A DNA stretch of 64,000 bases from the human T2T-CHM13v2.0 reference genome, Homo sapiens. Position numbers and translations under genes: made by a program. The stretch lies in the NCBI RefSeq assembly GCF_009914755.1, contig NC_060926.1; one strand, written 5' to 3'. Shown here piece by piece: positions 1-13,025 of the stretch. Positions within the stretch are counted from its first letter, which is position 1. Each line of letters opens with the position of its first letter. The notes beneath the pieces were generated by a model. That model saw nothing but the letters and a program-made list of their open reading frames with translations. It was not told where the DNA came from and did not search any database.

Positions 1-3000
1 TTGTGGCCCTGGGCTCACTCACCACCAGGCCCTCTCCAGTCCTGCCTCTCAGGAGCCCTAACATTCTGTGTCATGCACTTTGTTATTGTCTGTAAGCAGA
101 CACATACCTGTGAGTAAACCATTCCGTAGCTAAAGAATACTCCTCTGCACATCACCTGGTGCTGTTCAGAAAGGGCACGAATCATGTGTCCAGAGCTAGA
201 ATCCAGGCCCACTTCGGCATGAGTTTGGGTGAGGCTCTCACATTGTCTGGCTCGGTTTTCCAGTCGAAGAAAGGAGGGGAGGAAGGATTTGATTGTCTCA
301 AAAGTAACTTCTACCTCTAAATTCTTTGACTTTCCAAAAGCCTTTAGAAGGGAAGGAACCCAAGCCGCTAGCGACAGGAGACTCCTGGGAAACAAAGGTA
401 AAGAAAAATTTTAGGAAATTTCAGAGCTCAGAAAATAATGGGAGAGATATATGGCTCGCCTAGGGATAAGAAAAGGAGAAAGTCCAGGGGAAGTTATAAA
501 AGAATTATGGGTTTTTTCTTTAAACTTTCTTAAAAAAACAAAACAAAAAAAAACCTTAGAAACAGCAAAATGAAATAAACTACTAGAGTAATGATTTAAG
601 CCAGGGTAATCAGAACTGGTTGGATTGTGAAAGCTGAGTAACAATTCAGTAAAATAGATTACGTATTTGGTCAGTGGTTAGTTGACTATTGTTAGTTAAC
701 CTTTTTTTTTTCTTTACATCTATAAATAGATAGTCCCTACGTAGCAGAAGCAGAGAATATCTGGCCAAAGGCTGACTCCGCAAGATAAGGATTTACTCTG
801 TTAAACTGCTTTCTAATAGAATGTCGATATCTCTGCCTGTCAGCCTGCCTTGGTAAATGTGCTGGAGAGGGCCATGTGTGTATGGTTCCTGGTGCCCACA
901 CAGGCTCACCTGTGTGAAACTGCATCAGCCCATACATGGCTACTTGCTGGCTCCTGGACCCATATTTGCACTTGTTTCTCCCCTTCTGTTGCCACATCAC
1001 TTTCCCTGAGGTCGGATTGTGTGTGTGTCTTCTCTGTCTTCAGCTGCTCCGTATTCATATTGTTCTTTTCTGTGTTTTACATTTAATCGTGCATACACAC
1101 ACAGAATAATATTCATGGACAAGTTTTAGGTTCTCTTTTCCTAACTTTATGATTGGACCATTTCTTTCTGTCTCTTAAAATGAAAAAAGATCTACTCAAA
1201 GTGACTTTTTTCCTTGTTTGAACCTCAGCTTTATTTCTCTCCCATAAAACATTGACCTTAGAAGGCAATTTCCCACTCATATCCTGTCCTATCATCACAG
1301 CTCCAAACTCTGTAACTCCAGGAAAGGAAATAAGATAAAAGGAAGGATGGTAGTCCCATTGTGTCTGAAAAATATGTCAAATATACAGCCCATGACCAGA
1401 GCGAAGGTCATCAATGTCGTTTGCTTTCACTATAACATCTAAATATTTGCACCAAGCTGCTTCAATTTGAAATTGTGCTCTCAAGAAAATTCATTTTGTT
1501 GGTGCTGTCTTGCATTATGATAATAGAATCTTAGCAGATTGCTAGCACACTGTTTCTTGTGAATAGATAGAGATGTTTAGAAGAAGTTTTCTGGGGTTCC
1601 AGAATTCACAGCCTGAAATTGACTCATACTGGATGAGGCCAGCCGAATGGAATCTTTGGCAGGTTATCCCTTCCCTTCAGAAGCACTTGAGTTAAATCCA
1701 ATTAATCTAACCACATAGCTACAGTGAGTGAAAACAAGGTACAGATTTTAAAATGCTCCAATCGGTTAAAACAGTTAAATAATTACATACTCATCGAGGA
1801 CCTCATGGAAGGCAGAACACTGGGCTTGGTGTGGGGTATAGTGGTGAATAAAATGTGGCACATGCTTTAAAGAGTCTTAACATCTTACAGATATGACCAA
1901 TGCCAGTTTCAAAAAGGCTCCCAAGTTTTGGAAGGTAATAAGAAGGAAACACACAACATGCACACACACACACAGTCATCTGCCCTCAAGGAAAGAATCA
2001 ATTAATAGACAGTCTTTCTACCAAACAATGAAAACCAAATTTAAGAAAAACCATACAGTAATATGCCAGCTTTAAATCCAAACTGAGAAATCAAGGACCT
2101 CAAAAAGCACATATACATATGGAACAACAGATGACAATTTTTTCTTATCCCTCCCTTCCCTCCTGAAAACTCAATAGGACAGGAGGGATTTTCTTATTCC
2201 TCTGTTCTGGAACATCTGTCTGCTTCTGAGAAATGGAACGAGCAGCAGGATCAAGAATCCTTTAGTGCTCTGTGTGCTCAAATGCTTATCCTTCCGTGGT
2301 AGAGCTTTCCAAAGTTTGTCAACTCTTATCTCCAGAGCTACAGCCCATAACTCTGCGGTTTGAAGCCTTTAGGAGGGTGTTGGGAGGTGGGAGGATCACG
2401 CAAGAGTCAGAGGCTGTCAACACAGTGCGCATCAACCCAACCTGACAAATATGTCAAAGCCAGAAACTTCCTGAGGGTGGCTTGGAACTGTCAGGGTCAT
2501 GTTCAGAGCTCAGAAAGCACTTCTTTTTTTCTTCTTGGAGACAGTTTTAAGTTTTTTTAGGCCATCAAATAATATTTCCTGTAGATCCATGTGCTTTTTA
2601 CCATTGTGCTAGGCAATTAAGTTGCTTATATCATGCCTACTCAAGCTAACCAGTTTTAACTATCCCTGCATATGCATTTTCAAAGGGACTTTATCTAATT
2701 AAGAGTGTTGTAATTCATTATCATGTCCATCTGTTCTAAGATAGTGTCTCAGAGAAGATGGCACTTAACAGTTTGGGTTTTTTTTTTTTAAGATTGATCT
2801 GTTAGTAGACAAATTTCCATAATTCAGTTCATTTTTGTTGTTGTCGTTCCCTTTAATTTGAATAATTTCTCCAGCTGCTTTTTGGGAGTAAATAAAATTA
2901 AGTTATATAATAAGTAAAATATGCATTAGCACAGCACAGATTTAAAACATTCCTGACTCCTGACATACTATTATGGTAGCATTCTCTCTGTTTTTAAACA

Positions 3001-4254
3001 CATGCAGAAAAAAATTTGGAAGTGTATTTGAAGCTCATCTTTCTCAACTAAGAAAAGAACATCTATTCTGTTGCCCTCTGTCACAGTAATTTTTGGCCCA
3101 AAAGAGCGAGTCAACTCATGACTAAAAAAGCCAGAGTCTATATTAAACTCTGATGTTTTTAAAACAAAATAATTGTAGGAATTCCATGTTATTATTGGAC
3201 CTATCCCCAGATTGAAGAAAATATGCTTTCCTAGAAGTAAAGCCATTGCCCATTGGAAATGAACTGTCTCCCTAGTAGAGTGTTTGATTTGTCAATAATT
3301 CTCTTCAGATGCGTGCGTGCTGTGTTTCCTGTACTAGGGCCTTAGGCTTTTTTTATCTCACCTTAAATTTGACCTAGTGTCTAGCCTTATTTTGTATTTG
3401 TCTTAGTCCCGAAAACAAGCAGGGAAGGCTCTCAGTCAGTGGCTTCCAGTTTAATCCGAGTGGTCATGGATATCACCAGACACTGTATATGTGGCCCTCC
3501 GAGTCGGACTGAGAGAAGGTAACTTAACTGAATTCCGTAAGCCTTTCAGTAAAGTTGAAAGCGGAATCCACAGCGTGATAATATTGAAACTCAGAGGTCT
3601 CTCCATACCCTCTTTTGCTATGTCATCATCATGGCACATGCAAACAGAACAGCTCTGCAAAAATGCTTTGTGAAATTACTTGCATAGCTAATAAGCAAGT
3701 CTAAAATGTAAAAGCCCTACCTGTAATGAAAATACCAAAAGCAACCCAAATCACGGAATATATTTTACTCTTCATGTACACCTTTACATTGGATATGGCT
3801 TATTGGGTTCCCCATCATTGTAGTTGCAACAGTTTGCAGATAATTCAGGGTTATATTTGGTAGACATTTAATTGCTAATTAGAACCCAGGAGGTAGAGAC
3901 AGCTGGTTTCTCTTGGCCTTGGTCAGTCTGTTGTGAATGTATTATACAGCAAGTGGTTTGTAAATTATTCTTTCCTGACTTTGCTTTTGATTGAAAAGAA
4001 AGGAAGTTATATGTCATGGCTCTTATGATAATATGATCAGGGACTTTGATTTCCATAGCTAGATCATGAAGAGTTTTAATGATAATTCCTAAGACATTAG
4101 ATTGTGGATTCTTTGAGGGCAAGGACCCACCCTATATATTTCATTCTCATCAGTACCTAGCACGGGTAAGTAATGAATGCTTTTAACTAAATTAGATAGA
4201 CAATTAGTCTGCAGCAAAAGTCCTAGCATCAAAACCCCATAGTGTTCTTGGATT

Positions 4255-4560
4255 GTTCAGGGAGCAGATATTTTGAGCATTTGTCATGTGCCAGGCATTG
4301 GGCTACCCAGCAGGAATAAAATATAGTCGCTGATGTCTAAGAGCATATATTATAAAGGGAAGGCAAATATGTATAAGTCATTGTAGTTTAAAGTGTTGTG
4401 TGCTTTGGTAGTAGAAGTGTGCAAAAAACACAAAGTTAGCAAAGCAAACACATGCTAATTCCTATTTGGAGAACGGTCAGATTTGACTTTTGAACTGAGT
4501 CTTTAAGAATGAGTCAGAGTTCACAAGATGGAGAAAGAGAGAAGGGCATTCTAGGCTGTT
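4255..4560 (-). mobile_element. L2 LINE fragment (approximate ends)
   Basis: L2 3'-region-like motifs ttgagcatttgtcatgtgccaggcattgg and tttgaactgagtctttaagaatgagt. Confidence 0.55.
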
Positions 4561-5269
4561 GTTGATTTTTCGACTTGTAATGTGTCTTGCAGCTTAAAAC
4601 ATTAACACTAATCCCACCTACCTTTATGATTCAAGAAAAAGGGAATTCATGACAATGTTGGGTTTTCTTGAGATAACCACTCCATTGCAAGACTGCATTA
4701 CTTGTTTAAGGTGTTTTGTTACTTTCCTGTTTCTTACAAGTGAAGACGCTTCTTAGTATGGTAGGCAAGGCCCCATATTACTCAGCCCTGACCTCCCTCT
4801 CTGGCCATGACTCCTGCCAGTACCCCCATAATAACCCCAGTCCTCCTCTCAGTACATAGTGTACTTCTGGTGGGCTAACCTATTAGTTTAAACTTAACAC
4901 ACTGTATTCTTTCTTGCCTTTGTAAATTTAGTGTGTTCTTTCCTCTATCTGGAATGCCTTCCCTCTGTGCCCACTCCCCCACATTTGATGGTCATTTCAC
5001 AAACTGCCACTCACACCCCTCACCACCACCACACACAAACACACACACACACATACAGCATCAGCTGTTTATCTTTGTGCTGCTAGTTAGAGAAGGCATC
5101 ATGGAAGAAGTGATCGTCAGGAATGAACCGAGGTCTCTGAGGCATGATGGGGGGCTTCAGGGTAGAAGATGCAGAGTAGCTCTGACTTTTCTCTAGCTGC
5201 TCTTAACAGCTTGAGTATCAGCACAGAGGAAGTCAAAGGGTTGAATCACAGTTTGCAGTTAGTAGTTCT

Positions 5270-5470
5270 TGGGGCTGAATTTTACCCCAAGACATGTTTT
5301 CTTTAATGTGCCCCTTTTTTTCTATTTTTAAATTAGTCACTGATATTTAAAAACTGGCATACTTCACGTAAAAATCTGGCTTCTCTTGAGTACATGGAAG
5401 GTATGCCCTCATTGAGTTTACCCTTTGGCATGGAATGAGTAGTGATGCCCTGTTAGAGGTCACAGACCTT
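5270..5470. mobile_element. MER102-like hAT-Charlie DNA transposon relic (approximate)
   Basis: tttaaaaactggcatacttcacgtaaaaatctggcttctcttgag resembles the remembered MER102 consensus. Confidence 0.45.
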
Positions 5471-5967
5471 CTTGAGGTGTCTAGAGTCCCCCTCTACTCT
5501 TCTAGGATTCCTGCCTGATTCAGGTTTGCCATCTCTGGGATTAAGTAAGTTGGGTTTGGGAGACAGATACAGAAGGAGGATAAAGAGGCAGGAAAGGTAA
5601 AGGCGTTAGGAAGATGGTGGTTCAAGTGAAACACCGTGGGTTTTGGGCTCCGTTGTTAAAGAGGTACAGTCAGGAGGAGGTTCAGGCCGCAGAGAAAAGG
5701 AAACGATCTGGGGAGTAGATGTCTCAGTGACTTTGAAGTGTCAGTGTGGTAGAGCATGGGCCAGGGAGAACTGGAAGGATGGACCATTGTGATCAGCAGA
5801 TAGGATGTGTGACTTCAGAGAGTTCAGAGAGCTGTGGCTGCAGGACTGAGTCACCGAAGTAGAGGGGGCAACAAGGGTCACTGGATTCCAAAAGATCAAG
5901 TGAGGCCAGAGTATTGAAAATACTTTGTCCACATAGACTCTCAAGCCTCTCAGATTATAATCATATA

Positions 5968-6200
5968 AAACAGCTAACAGGTGTTGTGTGCTTCTGTGTT
6001 CCAGGCACTATCCTGGGTGCTTTTCATCAGTTCGTTTAATCCACATAGCAGTCATATGATATGTGGGTACTTTAATCATCCCCACTGTACATAGGCTACA
6101 ATTGAGGCTTAGAGAGATTACTTAACTTACTCAAGGTCACATAGTTCCTAAGCGGCCAGAACTTGAACCTAAGACTGTGTTGTTGCCAAAGTGCATTCCC
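5968..6200 (-). mobile_element. MIR SINE
   Basis: Reverse MIR core: tgaggcttagagagattacttaacttactcaaggtcacatag...gaacttgaacctaag. Confidence 0.75.
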
Positions 6201-7788
6201 CAAACCTCTGCCCTCTAAAGCGTTGGATAGGAGACAGAGTCACCGGAAGGGAAGGTTTGCATGAGAGAGGAAAGCAACCATGTGCAAGTAGCCAGTGGTC
6301 AACTTGGAGAATGCTGACCTCCCTTCCATCCCAGGTGAATAAGTGAGTAGGATGTGGGGATTCTCAGTCTCACTGGAGATGGCTATAAGGAAATAGAATC
6401 TTTAGGGGAGAGCCAGGTAAATGTTAGAAACAAATTCGAGTGGTGCATTGTGTGATATGTTCGGAGGATGGGGGAGTTTGTCTGCAGAGGAAAGTTTGGA
6501 GGAAGCAGGGGAGTCAGTTGGAAGGGATGAGTCCCAGAGCAGTGCTCTCTGGGGATGTGCATTCCTTGGAGGATGAGAGACAATACGGTCTTTCACTTTG
6601 CACTGATGACAAGGATGAGAGGCTGGGAATTGACTGCCCAAAGGAATCCAAGTGGATGCATGCTTAAAGTCATCTGTTTCAGCACTAGCTCAGGCCCCAG
6701 ATGGTTCTGGCGGCCTGAAGGAGTGTTAGCAGCCAGGCAATGGAGGCTTTGCTCAGATTTTCAAGTAGAAGGTTAGTCCAGACATCGTTGGTGTTTGTTC
6801 TTTGTGTGCTCTGGGGAGAGGATTTAATAGTCAACCTCCCATTGTGTTCTCATTTGTGGTTATATATAAAAGCTTCCCTAAACTAAATTCCCTAAACTTA
6901 GGGCCAGAACCCTGTGTATCCCCAGCCGCAATCCAGCTTAGTACCTGCTGCATGTACACACTCGGTAAACAGCTACAAAATCATTACGTGTTCATAAACA
7001 AGCTGATTCATTGTTCCAAAGCATCTATTTTCTGAGGCAGTTGGAAATTCCACTCTGAAGTGGGAATAACCTATGTTGCTAAACTAAAACTTATTCTCCA
7101 CTTCCCAGCCCAGTTCTCCTTTCCACAGCGTGATGTGCCAGTTTCCCTTCCTCCTTTTCCAAACTAGTCCTTCATGCAGCTCTCACTCCCATCCTGTCTT
7201 ACTCTCTAAAGCCATCCTACCAGCCGTGAAAGCAGATGCCATTGTCTTCCCCTAGACCTACGGAAGTGAAGGCAGGGAGCCTTCCGTTCCTGGGACTTGG
7301 CCAGCTCTCGATGTGTGATATCGGATTGTTGAGCTGGACTGAGTGGCCCAGGATTTCTGCCAGATCCCAGCTGTAACATTTCAACAGGGGCACGGGCCCT
7401 GCGATTACTTTCAGCTGTGTTTCTGCTGTGTCTGTCTCCACCCCCCCACCACCCACCGCTGGGGTTGAGTCCCTTCAAAACTAACCCTGATTTTTTTTTT
7501 TTTTAGCCACTCACGTCAAGGTAGTAATTTGTGAAAGATGCCGTTGTTTTCTCCCCACCACACCTACTTTCTGTGGGGCAGAGTCCTAGAAGATAATTGT
7601 TAAATTCTTATAGGAACCACGTAGACTTACAACTTCTGTTCTCCTGCAGCTTATACCACTTTCCTTTCAACTTAGCACCTTAAGATAAGCTTCCGGAGCC
7701 ACATGCCAGCCTCGAGGAGGAAGCTAGGAAGAGAAGAGCTTAATGGCTGCTTTATTATTATTACCAGTAGTAGGAAGGCAAGGGAATA

Positions 7789-7933
7789 TTTTATTTTATT
7801 TTTATTTATTTTATAAATTTTTTATTTCCATAGGTTTTTGGGAAACAGGTAGTATTTGGTTACATAAGTTCTTTAGCGGTGATTTGTGAGATTTTGGGGC
7901 ACCCATCACCTGAACAGTATACACTGAACCCAA
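7789..7933 (-). mobile_element. L1 (L1PB-like) 3' end fragment
   Basis: T-rich tail followed by ccataggtttttgggaaacaggtagtatttggttacat...cacccatcacctgaacagtatacactg. Confidence 0.75.
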
Positions 7934-9814
7934 ACCTAATTGTCTTTAACTTATACCTTCCCTACATGTGAGCATGTCCTTTGATTCCTCCCCCCAGAAA
8001 AAAACAAAGCGTAAAACAACAACAACGAAAGGCAGAGTGATTTTTTCTGGTGGTCTTCAAAGGGAAAGTGTTGAAGAAGGTACAGTTTCTGCTCACTGTA
8101 CACAGGGGAGGGATGGCTGCGGGGGGAGAGTGTGATCCCCAGGGCAGGGCTGCACTTGCTGTGGCTACAGCACATCTGTCAGTGTTAGGGGGTGTAAATG
8201 CCAGGAAATCACGCAGGAATAAGCTTGAGACAGGGGAGAAAGGGTGAAGGAGGGTTAGTTATTCATACACAGATAGTAGTAAATCTCTTATGGTGAGGCA
8301 CGAGGAAAACTGTGAGCCTAAGGAACTTTCATAGGGAGGAGTGCTGTTTTCCATAAGAAGGGTTGGACCCTCAGATAGGAAACCTGTTTCTTTTTGGATA
8401 TTTTATTTGCAGCCTTTAAAAAAAAAAAAACTTACACATTCCTGGAAAGAGTAAGAAATTTAATCAGTAGAAAGATAGTACATCGAATTTAATTAAAGTT
8501 GCAGCTACTTTTTATAGAATAGCACTGTGTTTTATATGTCATTATAATTTCCATTCCCGACAAGCTATTTCATTAACACACTGTGTAGAATCCTAGTAAC
8601 ACAAGGGCTTTGCCCTTTTTGCTCCTCATTTATCCTTGTTTCCTGACTAAAGGGCGACCTCCCACCCACCTGTAAGTAGTTTTTAATTTATAGGCGGTCA
8701 TGTCTCCACTTTTGAAGGCCTCAAGCACTCACTTCCGGTGTGTAGTAGATCCAGTATTGAAAGAAATCTTTTCCAGAAGACCTCACTGACTTGTTTTCCT
8801 CTAGGATACGGGCAGAGGAAGATCAGAGTCTGCTGGGGAAGATGAGGAATATGATGGCTTGCTGCTTCCGAGCTGCCTCCTCTGCAGAAGGAGCCTACTA
8901 TGGGGAATGTTAGGATAACATCAGCACCCACACCAGGAGGATACCTCTGGGGTGACGGGGCGAGGCAGAGGTTGAGGGGCATTCCTGTTCTTTGCTGAAA
9001 GGGCTGTGGGAGGGGCAAACAGGACTCCTAGCCCTGTGGCCTCCTCCAGGAATCTCCTGTAGGTTATCTTCCTTTAAGGTTTTTCTGGTCATTGTAGTAA
9101 AACAAACTGTTGACCCTTGCGCTTAGTTATGTAGGGTCTGAAACATGCCTAGTGGTAGGGAGACAACAGCATCTAGCATGTTGTTTCTTTTCCGGCCTTG
9201 CTTAGAGTTCTTTAGTAGGGAAAAAAAAGTTATATAATTATTATGCCCCCACGAAAAACAAAACGTCACCAGTGCAAAGGCCCTATCTTGAGCTGGGCCT
9301 GAAGGTTGAGGTGCTTGGAGAGGAGGAGGATCAGGGGAGTAAGGGACACAAGGTGACTGATGTTCCTGAAGGACAGGGTGCAGGTGAGTGAGAAGAGGAT
9401 GAGCTGAGGTCAGTTTGCAGCAGTGACGGGAATGGGAATGGCAGTGATAGAATCAAAGGATTTTATATTTAGAGAAGAGTTTATTATGATCCACCTGTCT
9501 CACTTTATGGATGAGAAAACAGTCTGCAAGAGTTTAAGTAGCTTGCTAGCAGTCACACATTTTTCTTCTTTGGGTGACAGTATTGGATAAATTGGTAATA
9601 TTTCTGTTCTTTTCTTCCCTCGTGGTATCTCTCACTTTTAAGCAATGGTATTCAGGCAGGAAGGAGTCTTTGTAAGTGATCTAAAACAAGTACTAGTAAT
9701 CATTGTTCTCATTATAATGTTAAAACTAGTTGTACTTGTTTTTTGCTTTTTTGTTTTTTTTTAGTGGAAAGTACAAATTAAACTGTGACCACCCAGGCTT
9801 TGCGCATCTAGGCA

Positions 9815-10003
9815 CAAAGTTCTTGGAAAGTGGATTGCAAATTCCCATCAGCAGACTCTCCTGGAGAGCCTATTATATGGGCAGATTCTGGAGCCGCTCC
9901 CCAAACCTGCAGAAAAACAATGTTTGAGTGGGTACCCTGGCATCTGCATTTTAAACACATTCCATAGTCTTTCCTTCCACATACTAATTTTGAAAAGCAC
10001 TGT
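9815..10003. mobile_element. MER5-like hAT-Charlie MITE
   Basis: gcagattctggagcc...ggcatctgcattttaaaca...tttgaaaagcactg terminal motif. Confidence 0.55.
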
Positions 10004-10944
10004 ACCTAGAAGCTTGCAGTCTAAAATGTATAAAAATAAAAAATATAAAACAATACATGGTCTAACCCCTGACTTAGTATCCATGAAAAAGTTTATTTCA
10101 GATTATTGGTTGGGTACCTTTATCATTTTTTTACTATTATTTATAAGACAAGTAAGACATGCCCCCTGCACTAGAGGAATTCACAGGAGAAACAGTCTGA
10201 TTTTGATTTAGTATGATGGGCCGATGCACTTCAAGAGTTACTACCGTTACGTACTGTTGCAAGTCAGAGGAGGGAAAATTAATCCTGTTTGTTTTTTGAC
10301 CAGAGAAGGTCTTACAGGGTAGATGGTCTTAAGGTTGTGGGGAATTCACCAGGGGCAAGGGAGAGGCAGGGATTTGAGGCTGGGTGGACATGAGCTGTGG
10401 CTGGAGTGATAAGGGGTGGTGGCAGGTGATTGAGTGACATCAGATCATCATTGTTGCTGGAGTGTAGGGTGTGTGCAGGAACCAGTAGAATATGGAAACT
10501 AATAACAGGTAGAGGCAGACTTAGGAGCACCTTGCAAGCTATGCCCAGGAGCTCGGACTCTGACCTTCTGGCCTGCCTGGGATTGTCTGTGAAGTCCAGG
10601 AAGCAAAGGACATGAAGGGAAAGCTTAAATGTGTACTCACCGCCCTTCAGTCAGCAGAACCTCCTAAGGGGGTGAGTGCCCTCTAGGGGTTTCCATGATT
10701 TCTGAGTTCCATTGTACTCAGGCACTCAGGTGCCCACTGAGCTTGAATCCATTACCTACTTGAGAAAAAAAAAAGACAGCTTTACCAAGTCCCACCTGGC
10801 TGCAGCTGTGGTTACATTATGCAAAAATTTATTAATGTGGTACCTCGATTGATCATTATATTAACTCTAAGGATTACATTAGAGGCTTTATTTTTCTGGT
10901 TACTTGCAAATACAGGTTGCATCTTCTTTGAAGTTAAAAAGCCC

Positions 10945-11220
10945 TTAGCCCACATATTGTATGATTCCATTTATATGAACTATCCAGAATTGGCAAGTCC
11001 ATAGAGACAGAACATAAATTAGTGGTTGCTAAGGGCCGGAGATCAGGGGAAAGGGAGTGACTGCTAGTGAGTACAGGATTTCTTTTTGAGATGATGAAAA
11101 TGTTCTGAAATTAGGTACTAGTGATGGTTATACAACCTTGTGAGTATAAAACCACTGAATTGTGTACTTTAAAAGGGTGAATACTTATCGTAAGTGAATT
11201 ATATCTCAATAAAGCTGTTT
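10945..11220 (+). mobile_element. L1MB-like 3' UTR fragment
   Basis: tattgtatgattccatttatatgaa...tagtggttgc...gatgaaaatgttctgaaattag...tatatctcaataaagctg. Confidence 0.85.
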
Positions 11221-12914
11221 TGTTTCATTTTTTAAAACCTTAGCACTTCTGCTCAAGGTCATGCAAATAGCTCTGCCTGGGGTGGCCTTTATGAATTCAC
11301 AGTAGAGAAATCTCAGTGCTCTCCTCACTTTCTTTTGTGTTTTTGTTTTGTTGTGTTACTGTTATTCCTGTCTTGTTCCTCTGCAGTTCACTTCCACTTA
11401 AGAAACATTTATATGACTAGACATGATAGGTACTAGAAGAGCTTATGTTAAGGTGAGTCCTCAAGTTACCACAAAATAGAGAAAGAGGGTGCTGTAAGAA
11501 AAGTGTGGTGTTTGGGGGTTCAGAGAAGAAGCTGTTATCCGAGGTTGGCCTAGAAAGACAACTGGGCATAAGGGCTGGATGAGGAATGTGCAGAGGCCAT
11601 TAGGGCAGGCAGTGCAGAGACAGCAAAGTGCGGACTTATTTGGAGAAAAGAGCATGACCGTAGCAATGGAAAATGAAGGGAAATACTGGGAAACAGAATT
11701 GAGAAAGGGTTATATGGACTTCAGAGTGTTGAATGCTAGGCTGAGAAAGTGATACATAAAATGAGGAGTAATGGAAGATAAATTTTGACTGCAGAAGTTT
11801 GGGAACTGAGCCTTAGGATGGGTGTAGCATGGTTTGGGAGAGACAGAGACGTGGGCAGGGGGAGATTGGACTAGAACTGGAAATTGGGGAGAGGGCTTCA
11901 GAAATGAGGGGTAAGTGTTGAAATCAGCTCACTGCAGCTTTTCTCATGAAATGCTGTTTGCTCTGCCCCTTTTGTGTTCTCCTTTCCTTTGCTTGCTCCT
12001 TATCCAGAGATGGGGATAAAGGGAGGGAAAGATTAGGGAGGACAAAAAGAATTAAAATGAAGAGAAAGAATGTGGTGAGGACGGTACAGGTTGCATGCGT
12101 CAGTTCTTCTGTAGTTCAGCATTTCCTGTTCATGACTCAGTAGAGGAAAATCTAGTCTCTTCTAGTGGAAAACACAGAGAACAGGAAACCCTATTTAAAA
12201 TCAGGTCACTTGACTAAGCTGTGTAACTCCTGTTCCCATCGGTGAAAGGGAAGAATACCTCCTGCAGTGTGTGTTAACCAGAGAATCTAGAATAATCTTA
12301 CTGAAGAATTTTTTAAAACTACATGGGACTCATATCATTTGTAGATATAACAGACTTCCTGGGCAAATATGGGTCATGATGGGGTCCCCTTTTGTTACCT
12401 GACAGAGTGAATGTAAACATACCTGTTAAAAGATAACTCATGTGAGTTGTATTATGTTGAAAATAAGGAATTGCTATTTGACCATTTCGAACTGCAAAAC
12501 TGGCAGTTTCAGTAAGGTTTTAACCTAATAGATAGCTACCCAATAGATATCTGACCTAAGCCCAGATTTTTACCTTTTGTGGTTCTTTCATCAGCTCTTT
12601 CTTGATTAAGATGCTAATTTCACGTTCAGGGGAAGCTGTGAAAAGTCAAAAGATGGCAACAGGTAGATCAGAAGGCTTTGCAGGGAAGGAAACAAGGAGA
12701 CAGGAGCTGGGGTCACACCAGCTAGCAAAACCAGGATCTTTATTATGCAGTCAGTTTAGTTGTAAAGATTCAGCATAAAACATTTTCCTTTCCTAGGTGG
12801 GTTAATAGGTGGTTGGGTGCAACTTCAGCTCTTCTGTAGCCTGCTGGAGACAACTTGTAAGGGACTTTAAAAAAAAAATAGGAATATTTAAATGTTAGGA
12901 AGACGTAATGCATA

Positions 12915-13025
12915 TAATGTTTACTCTTTGGGTGACAGGTACACTAAAAGCTCACACTTCACCTCTATGCAATATATGTCTATAAGAAACTTGCACTTGT
13001 ACTCCCTAAATGTATTTTTTAAATT
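12915..13025 (+). mobile_element. L1 (L1PB/L1MA-like) 3' end fragment
   Basis: gggtgacaggtacactaaaagc...ctatgcaatatat...tgcacttgtactccctaaat. Confidence 0.7.
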
